From the NCBI GenBank assembly GCA_946965045.2, contig OX337229.1:5704001-5768000 (forward strand): a stretch of 64,000 nt of DNA, given 5' to 3'. Numbering within the stretch: the first letter of the stretch is position 1; each line of letters starts with the position of its first letter. The stretch comes from Epithemia pelagica. Its lineage: Eukaryota; Protista; Bacillariophyta. Positions 21,916 to 33,700 of this stretch are shown one piece after another. The position numbers and the translations under genes were made by a program. Under the pieces are notes generated by a model that was not told the DNA's origin, did not search any database, and worked only from the letters and a program-made list of their open reading frames with translations.

Positions 21916-24900
21916 TTAGTCGGACAAGTCTTCGGAAAATCGTCCTTGGGCAATCATTTGTCGAAGGTACGCCGAGGCTTGTTCCACGGACAGAGTGCCT
22001 TGGTGTTGAATGAGACGAACCACTTCTGCTTCCACGGCGGCTCCAAAGCTTCGGGCTCCACCGCACAAATAGGTATGACCACCGTGTTGAAAATGGTCCC
22101 ACAATTGGGCCTCCTTGGTTCGGAAGGACTCGGTGACGTTGCCACAGGACCATGTAATTTCCGATGGTTGCAGTACCTCGTTCTTGGTTCCTGGAGGACT
22201 CGTCGGAGTGGTACGACCCAGGGTGGAAGAAATGTGAGCTTCGGTAATCACTTGCGCGGACAGACACTCCTCCATCAAATCTTGGTACACCACATCATCG
22301 GTATCGCGAAATCCGACAAAGACCAAGGCCTTACCAAACGTTACGCCTTGTTGTTGATGAAGCAAGAGTCGTTCTTCCAAAAAATCTCGAACCGGTGCGA
22401 CACCGCATCCTCCCGCAATCAAGACAACCGAAGTTTGTGGATCACGAGGCAATCGAAAGGATGGATTGGACCGAATGGCTCCGGCAATCGTGGAACCGCC
22501 GTCGTCCCCGGCGGCGGGTCTCAAATGATTCATGTACGATGTACAAATTCCTTCCCGTAAAACTCCACGGCTCGTCAAGTATCGAATGGGACGATACGTG
22601 AGGAGTAAGGTTGGTTTTTTCTTCTTCTTGTTCTTGTTGTTGGTTCCTCCGGCTGAACTGTTGCTATTGAGGGGACTGGATGCAATGGAATAATACCGCG
22701 GTTGCAAGGGTGGAAGATTGTACAAGACATCCTCCAAAGATAATCTTGCTCCCAGTTCCAACGCGAGATCCAAGGTGGTCCGTCGTGGCACGGCCACTTG
22801 TTCCTTGTAATGGTCAATCACCGTGGCTCTGGCAGTCGGTGGTACACTGGCTGTCATGGATCGGACAAATTGGGGTGACGGTGTGGCTCCCAAATCGACA
22901 CAAAAACTCAAGGTTTCGTACAAGGTCAAGCCGTATGGGTGAGGGTATACTGGCTTTTTCTTTTTCTTGGTTGTCGTTGAGACTGTCGTCGTCTCGTCGT
23001 TGGTCTCTTCTTCCGTGTCGGCTACAAAGACGGCATGGGGCTCGACTTGCAAATAATTGAGATAGGCCTCCACCACACAATCGGCATTGCGGGGATACAA
23101 CACAAAGTGATCGCCTGCCTCATACAAACAAGGCACTGAATCACTATTCGCAGTAGTCGCCGCCTCTTCGGTACTATCGAGAAGAAGATCAATTTCCAAC
23201 TCGGTCAATCCATTGCCGACTCCATTGCGATTCAACAGGGTTCGATTGGAAATTCGAAATCGCTTGGTTCCCTTTTGATACCAATCGGGAATGACAGATA
23301 ACAAATCATATCGTGGTGGAGCCGTCTCGTTGTCCTTGGGATTGGCGAGCCGCAACTGGAGCATGGGATATTTGGACGAGACCATTCGTTGTCCCGAACG
23401 AGCGCCTGGACAGGGCACTGTATTGTTCGGTGGGAGTAGAGTCGTCGCGTCGGGCGAGGACGACCGGGGTGGAGCCAGTGTCTCTTTTGTTGTTGTTGTC
23501 CTTGTCGTCCTCGTTGTGGCGGTTGCGTTCGGAGGGAGTAATCCTGACTCGGGCATGTCCTCCTCGGGCGCCGGTTCGGTTCCCTCCAATCCGGGTGATG
23601 GTTGTGGTGATTCCAACCGTGTTTTCAGATAGTCGAGGACCAGTTCTTGCCATTGATCAAAGTCGTCGTCGATACAATCTCCATCGTCCCCCAAGGTCAA
23701 GGGCAAACAACTCGTTCCCCCCAAGAGTCTTTCGAATCGCTCTTGCATCGTCTTGCTCACGACATTGTAATGATTGGGATGCGCCTTTTGATTACCCAAT
23801 CCAAAAATGGCAAATTCCAATGTTGTCGTATTGGTGTGGTGGTCCCGCAACCAGCTACGGCCTTGTTCGGGGTTTGTGGTGGTCAAGGTCTTCACATCCT
23901 CATAAAAGGCCTGGGCCGGTTCGGGAGGTTCTCCCACACCGGCCGTGCTGACCAAAAACAAGTACAACGTGTTCTTGTCGTTGTGGTTGGATTCCACGAG
24001 GAGTTGGGACAGCGAGGTATAGTCTCCCAGAGATTGGACACGCACCGGCAGTACAGAAGTGCCGTCCCATTGTTCTTGTTGAATGGCCTCGGCCAATTGG
24101 GTGGCAAACAATTGTGCGGTACCGCCCGTCGTGGCATACAAGATGCAGACGTGGTACAGTGGAGAAACAGACGACGAAGATGACGACAATGGAGAGGACG
24201 AGGAGGAGGCGCTTGGTTCGGGAATGGTGCCCGGTGCGGTCTCTGGTTCCATGGTCGAGTCCTGCGTTTCGTTATTGTTGTCGTGATCGGAACAATCATG
24301 GTCGTAGTTGGAGTGAAGGTATTGAATCACTCGGGCTTGCCATTGATCAAAGTCATCGTCCAAACAATCTCCATCGTCTCCCAACGCCAGGGGCAAGAAA
24401 CAGCCACTCGTTATTGTCGTGTTGTCATGTCGTCCTTGTCTTGGTCGTTGCTGCGGCGGGTCCATGCTTCGAGACGAGCCTGCAAGGTCTTGCCCACCAC
24501 ATTGTAATGATTGGGATGCGCCTTTTGATTGCCCAATCCAAAAATGGCAAATTGGAGGGGAAGAATCTGGGTGTTTTGGTGGTTGTGGTTGGTGCTTGTA
24601 TTCCCAGAATTCAAGACGGTCTGGTAAAAGGCCTGGACCGGTTCGGGCGGTTCTCCGACCCCCGCTGTACTCACGAGAAAGAAGGAAAGGTTGACCGTTG
24701 TTGCTGCTGTTGCTTGGTCTTGTTGTTCGTCCACCAATTGTTGGAGGGATGTATAGTCTCCCAGAGACTTGACCACGACAATGGGAGGGTGGTGGTCGTG
24801 GTCGTCCTTGTCATTCTGGAATTGTTCTTGTTGTTCTTGCAGGGCATCCGCCAATTGGGTCGCAAAGAGTTGTGCCGTCCCACCGGTCGTGGCATAATAA

Positions 24901-25271
24901 ATCCAAATGCGCGGCCGGACGAGTAATGATGGTGGAGTCCTTGTGGTGGTTCTTGTGGAACAGGACCTGCTGGTGGATGGGTGACGAAAGCGACTCCCAA
25001 CCACCGCACCAACCACACTACTCATGTCCGGGTGGTGGAAGTAGTTGCTGTTGTGATACCGCCACAAGGAGTGGTGGTACGATGACGAACGAAGGAGGAA
25101 TCGAAAGGGCCATTCCGTCTTTGTGGTCCAGCCTTGGATCCGTCGGGAAACGGAGGAGGATGATGATACTGATGGTTTCTTTCTGCTTGCTTGTTTCATT
25201 TGGATGGAGGAGAAACAAGAGACGAGTGCCCGTGGAGGACGCCGCACCAGGAAGGAGAATGAGGACACCAT
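21916..25271 (-). CDS. Diflavin (CPR/NOS-reductase-like) oxidoreductase with two flavodoxin domains plus FAD/NAD(P)H module; apparent 1-nt frameshift at about 24411-24465
   Basis: FMN motifs occur twice (YATTGGTAQLFA, STAGVGEPP, FGLGNQKAHPNHYN, LGDDGDC.DDDFDQW); FAD motifs RYYSIASS and GICTSYM; NAD motifs IAGGCGVAP and YLCGGA; C-terminus RFSEDLSD. FMN domain 1 is split across ORFs 24411-25271 and 21916-24465. Confidence 0.9.
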
Positions 25272-26247
25272 GATTGCGACTGGTGAGAACTGTCGTCTTC
25301 TCTTTGTTCTTCACTTCAACCGTTTTGGATCCACAACGACAACGACGACGAGATCCTTCATCCAGCGTCACAAAACAAAAAGGTTAATCCTTTTTTCTCC
25401 TGGCGGATACTTTGGATCGAATACTCGTATTAGGATTGTCTCCAACAGAGATCCAATCTTCTCGTCCTTTGACCATGAGTGAGAATTTCACATACGCAAG
25501 TGTGCGAATGCCAAACTCTCTAGTAGAGAATAGCGACTGATGCGTTTTCTTGAGAGATCTTTGACAGAACACTCAACAGAGAGAGATCCGAGAATCCAAG
25601 ACGAAGTCGAAGCGATGTTCCTTGCGGCTGTTCTGTGGATGTGAAGATGTTCGTTGGCTGCCGGAAGAGGCAAAGGAGGAGAAGAATGTACCGACCCAAA
25701 GATTGCGATTCGGATTTGGACGAGAAGATTTGCTCATTCGCATTCCCCTTCTTGAGTCCCGGATTACTGAGAAGCAGTCGTATCGACCTTCAATATTCGT
25801 GCTTTCCTAGATTGAACTTAAATGTTAATCGCGCTAATGAGTCGCTTTTATTTGAAAATCATCCTTTACAGCCAGGCCTCAAGGATGACGACATCCAATG
25901 TTGATGTCGCATATCTGTCGCATTCGCTTCGGGGCGCTGGCCCCAAACCCAAAGATATGATGGGTTCGCATTTGGCATGCAACCAACAAAAAGATATCGT
26001 TTCTTCTTCTTCTTCTTCTTCTTCTTGTGTCTTCGCTTCGTCGTCGTCGAGACAAGCTCTCTCACCACCAGAAGAATACTTTTGAGAGTTGACAGAGACG
26101 TCATTCGTCACACGGTAGTATCGTCGTGCTTTGGTTCCTGCATCGAGTCAAAAGACACACTCTCTCAGTTTCATCCAACGAGAAGGAAACGAAACCACAA
26201 AACACCATTGCCTCGCTGGCACAATCAAGGATTCCACCCACACCACC

Positions 26248-28242
26248 ATGATTGCCGCATCCTCCACTCGGTTCCTGCTCCATCCGTTCTCCGCACAAGG
26301 TCGTCGTCGTGCATGTGCCGTCGTCGCCCAACAGTTGCGTCGTGGTTCGGTCCGAACACTGTCGTCGTCGGTCCTCTTCTTGGGCCGGAATGGCCACCAC
26401 CGCCAGTCGCTGACAAGACACGTGCCGGCAATTGCTTCGTCCTCCTCCAGTGGCTGCTTCTTTTCGACTCAACCCGCCACTTCGACTTCGAACACTACAA
26501 GCAATCATATTTTTGTGCCCGACATGATGTGTCGTCAATGCGAACAAACGGCCGATCATGTGGCCTGTACCAGTCAAGGTGTGCGTGGCAAATCCAGTGA
26601 AACCTCCGCCATGCAAGATGCCCTCCTCGACAGTATCAAGTCCTTGTCCATTTGGTGCATGGCGGCGCGACAAGAACAACAAGAACCAAACGACGTGGTT
26701 GCTCCCGATTTGCTGGAACAAGCCAATGTGTTGACACTCAAGGCCACCTTTTCCACCTTGACCAATGTCAATTTTTCCTCTTCCCGGATTGCCGACTATA
26801 TTCGACAAGTCGAAGACGTCAAGGTCCAAGTCCGCGACGCCGTCTTGGCCGCGTCTCCTGGCGATAGCAATAGCAGTAGTGTCACGGAACAAGACTATGG
26901 GGCCTTGGCCTCGTTGGATTTGCGACACATGGATGATACCTATTTGGAAGAATATGGTCATTCCTTTTCGGGTTTGGCCGTTCGATCGGCCGTCATGAAT
27001 CATCCGGATGCCTTTTCCCTCAATGAAGTGGGAACCTATGGTCTCAAGGGCGCGTGTGCCTATGCCACGCATGTCTATCAATTGGTTGGAAAAACGGATC
27101 CGACCATTATGGCAGCCATTCATGAAATTTTTGCCAAACTCGCGCGTCCGCAAGCCGACATGGATGGCTTGTTGGCCAATGCCCTACGGGTGGGAGAGGT
27201 GAATGGTCAAATTTTGGCCGCCCTCGATGCCGCCCATGCCGAACAATTGGGTATTCCCGAACCGACTCCCGTGCGAACCTCGGCTGTGGCCGGCAAGGCC
27301 ATTTTGGTCTCGGGTCACGATTTGAATGATTTGCATCACTTGTTGCAACAAACGGCCGGTACTGGTGTCAATGTCTATACGCATGGATAAATGTTACCAG
27401 CCCATGCCTATCCGAAATTGCGACAGTATTCTCATTTGGCTGGCAATTATGGCACGGCCTGGCAAAATCAAAAGTTTGAATTTGCCACCGTTCCCGGTCC
27501 CATTGTCGTCACGACCAATTGTATTTTGGAACCCCGTCGCGTGTACAAGGATCGCTTGTATTCCATGAATGAAGTTGGTGTCGACGGGGTCCAACATATT
27601 GGCTCGGCCAAGGACTTTTCGGCCGTGATTGAGCAAGCTCAACAACTCAAGGGCTTTCCCCGTACCATTGAACCGGCCACCTTTCATACGACGGGCTTTA
27701 ATCATCGGGCCGTCGTGCCCTTGGCGAACCAGGTGATTGAAGCGGCGCAATCGGGTGCCTTGTCTCGCATTTTTTTGATTGGCGGATGCGATGGCAGTCA
27801 ATGGGATCGATCCTACTTTACCACGCTGACCGAAGAAACACCGAGCGATTCCCTAATTCTCACCTTGGGGTGTGCCAAGAATCGCATTATTCACAATCCC
27901 AAACTCGAAGCCGCCACCTTGGCCAATGGATTGCCTCGTGTCTTGGATATGGGACAATGCAACGATTCCTATTCCGCCATTGTCGTGGCCACCGAATTGG
28001 CCAAGGCCTTGAAGTGTACCGTCAATGACTTGCCCCTCTCCTTGGCCCTGAGTCATTTGGAACAAAAGGCGGCCGCCGTCTTTTTCACCTTGCTGTCCAT
28101 GGGTGTCAAAAATATTCGACTGGGACCCAGTTTGCCCGCCTATCTCACACCGGCCGTCCTCGACTTGCTCGTCCAAGAATACAATGTTCAAGGATTGGGA
28201 GATCCCAAGGAGGACCTTCAAGCCATGATGCAAGGGAAATAA
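26248..28242 (+). CDS. hcp: Hybrid-cluster protein (HCP/prismane) with presequence; in-frame TAA at 27388-27390
   Basis: MMCRQCEQT..C..QGV(R)GK, YGLKGACAYATH, ILVSGHDL, VYTHG*MLPAHAYP, VTTNC, IGGCDG, TLGCAK, DMGQCNDSYSAI, LEQKAAAVFFTLL, NIRLGPSLP. The two ORFs are contiguous and in frame. Confidence 0.95.
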
Positions 28243-28314
28243 GAACAAAAACGAAAAACCAACAAGAAGAAATTACGTCGTCGACTCTATGAAGGAACCA
28301 TTTCTATTCTACTA

Positions 28315-29033
28315 CTCCCTCCTGCTCGAAATTATCGCAACAAGTTACAAAAAATGACGTAACTTCTCACGCGCTGGCCCTTTAGCGCTAAAAATTATAT
28401 AGATCGCTAGCTTATGTTTAGACTCAAATTTCCATGTATAATTTATATGTTCCATCTCACAATCCTGGAGAGCTACATGGAACTAAAAGAGGCTAAAAAA
28501 GCAACCCAAACTTTGGCGTACCGGTTCTGGCCCCCCAGGTGCACCCAAGCCATGGCACCCTCCAGCCAGGCCCGCGAGGGGGTAAAGTACAAAGAGTTGC
28601 TGGCTAATGACTGTGGACGTTCTATGGACATTAATCTATCCTTCCCCATCTAAATGGCACCTTGCCAGAGGTGTTTTGTCGAACGTCGCCAAAATTTTTG
28701 GTACTCATCGATCCATCATAAGTAGGGAATCAGAGCGCGCACAGCAATCGCATGCGGTGGACTTAATTAATTCCCCCATAATTTCATCCATCGCGCGCGC
28801 GCGTGGTCGGATTCCTAAGTGTTCTTCACCTACTGTTATCTAAGCGGTTAAAAGTGTCAAGCGAATAAAGGATAGTTAGGTTTTGGCGCGTGTCACGTTG
28901 AATGTTCATCTTTAAAATTCGACTCCGAATGAGCCGGCCATCCTCCTGTAGAAATGTACCAGGGCCTACGAGAGCTTTTTGTGCGACTACTATGACTAAA
29001 AAACTTGTTGCAATAATTTCGAGCAGGAGGGAG
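28315..29033. mobile_element. Non-autonomous Tc1/mariner (Stowaway-like) MITE, 719 bp
   Basis: 32-bp TIRs CTCCCTCCTGCTCGAAATTAT(C/T)GCAACAAGTT with 1 mismatch, flanked by TA at 28313-28314 and 29034-29035; AT-richer interior with no convincing ORF. Confidence 0.88.
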
Positions 29034-29521
29034 TAGTAGATACGCCCATTGTATATACAATCTATGCGTTCGAGTATAATAGCTGGTTGGGAAGTCCCTA
29101 CCACGACCCACCGCCACATGTCTTTCTTGTGGGTCTTGGGTACAAACCGTGTGTCCCTGTGTTTGTTGTTGTTGTTTGTGGTAGATCCATTCCAGTTGGT
29201 ATTGGCATTTGGTACGGAGTATTTGGTACTCCTATGCCTGGTTGAAAAAAGGGAATAGGTAGTCTATATTCTTCCCTTAGCGGCGATAGCCTTTAAGTCG
29301 CGTATAATATATGTGACACCACTTGGTGTCACTAGGACATCAACGTGCGTACTCGTCATTCATCCGAAATCCTCGTCATCGCGATTCCCGATCCTTCTTC
29401 ATCAAAAAAGACACACCCGCATTGAAAGTGTTTGATTCCATCCATTCGACATTGGACCGCAAGAACAGCCATTGACGCAACAACATAACCATACTCAGTC
29501 ATTACTACCTACTTCCACACC

Positions 29522-30448
29522 ATGAGCAGCAAATCCACAACAAGTAAAGAGACGGGCAGTCGCCCCCCTCTGATTCTCTTGTCGCTCGATTCCTATAAAA
29601 AGCTTGGCGGTGCTCCTCCTCCGACGTCGTCCATTGTGTGTACGGGGGTGATTATGGTGATTGCCATTATTTGTTCGGAAATGCTTTTTCGTTACTTATT
29701 TTTGCAAATGCAAGATTGGCATCCCGTAATGGAACCACAAGTCAATCGTCATATCCTGGCTCGTCACATTGGGGCCGACACACTCAGTTTGTTGCTCTTG
29801 GCACTCATGGGCTGGCAAGGCCGTGCCATTGTCTGGGGTATTTTCGAACTCTGGTGTTTTGGCAAAAAGAGTTCGCATGTCACGGCTGCCTACTTGAAGC
29901 GTGTGTATACGGCGCATCCCGAAGGCGTTCGGATATCCATGTTCTTTTTGTGGTATCAAGTCAAGAATTTGTACGATACCATTGTGTGGGACGATGGCAT
30001 TGAATTTGTCTTGCATCACATTTTTTCCATCTTTACTTCCTGGGTGGTTTTGGGACCCAATTTCTGTCACTATTATGCCATTTTCTTTTTTGGCTTGTCC
30101 GAAATTTCCACTTGTGTCCTGTGTGTCTTGGCAAACTTTGACGATGAACATGGCGTGGTGGGCTTGGGCGATGCCTTTCCCTTGACCAAAGTTGCCGTCG
30201 GCGCCGTCTTTGTCGTTTTGTTTATTTTGTGTCGATGCACCATGTGGCCTATCATTTCCTATCACTTTTGTCAAGATGCCTCCAATACCCTCAAGGATTC
30301 CGATCCCCGTACCAATGTGGTACGACGACGGTGGCTCAACTTTCTCTACGTGTCTCTCTCCTTTATGAGTGTCTTGCAAGCCGCCTGGTTGGGGCAAATC
30401 TTTTTGATTGCCAAGGAAGAATTCACCAAAGTAGGTCTCATATCCTAG
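29522..30448 (+). CDS. TLC (TRAM/LAG1/CLN8) domain membrane protein, TLCD4/TMEM56-like
   Basis: Multi-TM; FVLHHIFSI, FFFGLSEISTCVL, FVVLFILCRCTMWP, LSFMSVLQAAWLGQI. Confidence 0.8.
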   Translation: MSSKSTTSKETGSRPPLILLSLDSYKKLGGAPPPTSSIVCTGVIMVIAIICSEMLFRYLFLQMQDWHPVMEPQVNRHILARHIGADTLSLLLLALMGWQGRAIVWGIFELWCFGKKSSHVTAAYLKRVYTAHPEGVRISMFFLWYQVKNLYDTIVWDDGIEFVLHHIFSIFTSWVVLGPNFCHYYAIFFFGLSEISTCVLCVLANFDDEHGVVGLGDAFPLTKVAVGAVFVVLFILCRCTMWPIISYHFCQDASNTLKDSDPRTNVVRRRWLNFLYVSLSFMSVLQAAWLGQIFLIAKEEFTKVGLIS

Positions 30449-30713
30449 AGAGTATACTAAATCCAGTGAAACACGACAGTTTATTCCACCATTCTTGACT
30501 GTAATTCCTATAACTCAATTGAAACCATGGCCTATTCCACCGATACACACCCCCATTTCGTTTTGGCCTGAGAAACCCCGTTTGGCACAACAGTTCCGTA
30601 AATACCTGGAAAATCTATGTGTTCCTACTATCGTTGCGGTTCAAACACGATAGAGTAGATGAGACGCTTGTTTTCACTTTTGCACCCTTTTTGCCATTTT
30701 CTCGATTTTTCTC

Positions 30714-33700
30714 TCATTGTTCTTCCCGAACGGCGGCATACAACAAATGCTTGACGGACCGAACTTCGTTTTCGACTTGAATGGACCGTTCGTACGTCAT
30801 GGTTTTGGTGCGGACCAATTCCGATCGAATCTCGGACAATTGCGCGACCATGTAGTCTTCCTTGGCGGCCGCCGCCGAGGGTTGTCGAGTACTGGTCCAT
30901 CCCAAGGGTCGGACCAAAAATTGTCGCAATTGCGGGGGCCACAACAAACCCAAGGTCAAAAAGCCCAAGACAAACCACAGGGGAAGGAGAATCAAGGCCG
31001 TCAACCAAAAAGCCAACCCCAACAAACCACCCTTGCGATACCGGCCCGAATACCAATACTTTTCACTCCGAGCGGGCGGTCCAACCAACAAGGACGACAC
31101 CAACAGCTCCCAGGTTCGTTCGAGACGGGTTTGTAGGCCCACCTTGCGAGAGGGAGTCAAGGAAATTTTGGGTTGGACCCGACAGCCCCAGTCGGCCGAA
31201 GACAAGACAAAGGCTAATTTGGGTTCCCAAAAGGATCGAAAGGCAATCTCGTCGGGTTTGGAATGCAAGGCCCCCATAATGACAGCTACCAACACGGCCA
31301 AGAGCAAGGCAAAGAGAGCGAGCAAAAAGGCAGACAAGAGTACCACGGCTTGTGCCGAAATTTCGTCACTCCCATCCAGCTCCAGCAACGACTCTCCTCG
31401 CAAAAGAAGATAGACCACTCGGTACGAATCACGGACACTGCACACTGGTGTGACGGGAATGGCCGTGGCACAATCCGTCCACAACAAGGTGTAAAACATT
31501 TGGGCAAAGGCTACCAACACCATGCCCCCCGCGATCAGTGGCCATACAATCTGATTGGCAATCTTGGCCAATGATCCCAACAACAGCGCCATTCCAAAAC
31601 ACCACGTGGCACAATAGCCCAACAAGGACAACCATAACAACCCCGTCGCACCGGTTGCCAACGAAAGTGCAGTATCATCCGATACGTCATTGTTGTTCAA
31701 GAGTGTGGTTGTGGAAAATGTCAAAACCATGGCAGCCAAATCCACCCAAAACCATCCATTGAGTAGTACCAGGTAATTGAGTTGACCCACATTGGCCGCC
31801 AAAATGGCTCGAACGGAAAGAATGACAATGCGCACGGAAACAACGGTACCGACCGAGACGGGGTATTCGCTTTCAACAGACGATCCCGAGTCGCTGGAAT
31901 CCGTGTAGTCCTTGACTTGAATGCGAAAGAGCACCAGAGTCAGAATGAGTAACAATCCATCCGAGATCACACAGGCAGTTCGCAAGGGAGTGGCCAATTG
32001 CTCAATAATCATTTCCTGGACAAACTGGACCGAGCATGCCTGGCGTCGAATCCAGGGAGGCAAGGATCGGAGCTGTCGTAAGAGTTGAGATGTCTTGGGA
32101 CGTTCCGCCTGAGACGATGGAGTCAACAAGGAAGCCGTAAAAAACTTTTGGTAAATGCGTGCCATTTCTCCAGCCTCCCACGATACGGGCAGTCGCTTGG
32201 GGAGACAGTCTGCGGCCTGGACCAAAAGATCAAAGGGAAGATTGCCGTCCACGTCTCTACACTTGGCAGAAGTATCAGACAAGAGCATGGATATCACTCG
32301 CGGACTGGCCGGGAAGAGTCGATAGTTGGAGAACACCAAGTGCAAGGGCGTCCTTCCTCGATGGTCTTGAGCATCTGCCGCCGCTGGATAGGACTTGTAT
32401 ATGGATTCAACAATGGCGCAGTCGGAAAGGAATTCTTCGGCTGCAATGTGGAGCGGAAGCTGGTTCGTGCGTGCCGATGGGACCATGGCCGGACTGAGGA
32501 TCCGACTCTGGCTGTCCGGCAACGAACTCATGGAATGCACCGGGAGATCGGACATCCAGGGTGACATTTCTTCAAAAGCCCCCGATCTTTTTCCCAGTAG
32601 TAGTTCAATCAAGTCCAGTGTTGGGAGCCCATCTGTCATGGTCATAATGTGTAACAGTGGAGTCTTCCCATCTCCATCACGTACACAAAGTCCTTCCGGA
32701 AAGGCCGCAATAATGCATCTTAGAACGCCATACACATCATCCACCGAAGAACGCCGGGGCGCATCCTTTGACGACATGGCATTTGACTCTTTTTGTGATT
32801 TGGTGTTGGTTCGAACTTCGTTATCCGAGTCATCACTGTCACTGTCATGTTCGTCGTCGTCCTCTTCGTCTTCAAACTGTTCTTCGGACGACGCCATTCG
32901 GTCATCCAACGGAACGGGTTGTACAATGCCTCGAGCAACAGCCATGTGAATAGGAAGCTTCAAATCGGGATAATGTGGAATAGCAGCCGGATTTGTTTCG
33001 CCTAATAAATCATTCACAGCGTCATTCTCGTTTTCGTCTTCCTCACTGTCGTCCACGATGCGTAAGAAATGGGAACTGCTGCTGGTACTCGTGTCCTTTT
33101 TGTGTTTGCCATTTCCGCGACGTTTTTGTGTCGTCTCTTGTTGTTGTTGCTTATTGCGCCACTTTGCCAAGTTCCGTAGGGCCACTTGGACATCGGGAGG
33201 ATAGCCTTTCCATTCTTCGTCCATTTCGTCAAAATCGGGATGCAACACGGTGGTGATCACTTTATGGCGTCGGGCAATGTAATCATCCATCTCCTTCAAA
33301 GTCATCTTCAAGTGTTCTCTCCGCCGTTGCAGAATGAAACGTTGTTGTTGTTGTTGCATTTGTTTCCATTGATGGCTGTGGCTTTGAGTACTCAAGGTAT
33401 CTGTGCTCAATCCCAGGAGCACGGACGTGTTTCGAGTCGTGAGTTGGACGCTCCGGTTTCGAAGCAAGAGATGTAGGGGTGTCAATCCCTTGTGATCTCG
33501 TTTGGAAATGGCTTGAGGCCAGGTCTGCAAGAGCAATTCCATTGTGGCGACATCGGCCGAGGAAGCTGCCAACAAGTGCAGGGGAAGTCTCCCTCCATCA
33601 TCACGCCATTGCACCGCCTTGGGATTGGCATATAAGAGTGCCCGTGTAATGTAGGTGGGTGGAGGATGCATTCCCAAACAACTAATATGCAAGGGTGTCC

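Noticed and set aside
1766-27390. TAA reassigned to Glu/Gln (two in-frame TAAs, one at a conserved Glu)
   Set aside because: TAA terminates several genes normally here (2809, 10037, 21531, 28242, gag), so a genetic-code change is not supported.
28414-28843. Transposase remnant inside the MITE
   Set aside because: The short ORFs show no DDE/D or HTH motif.
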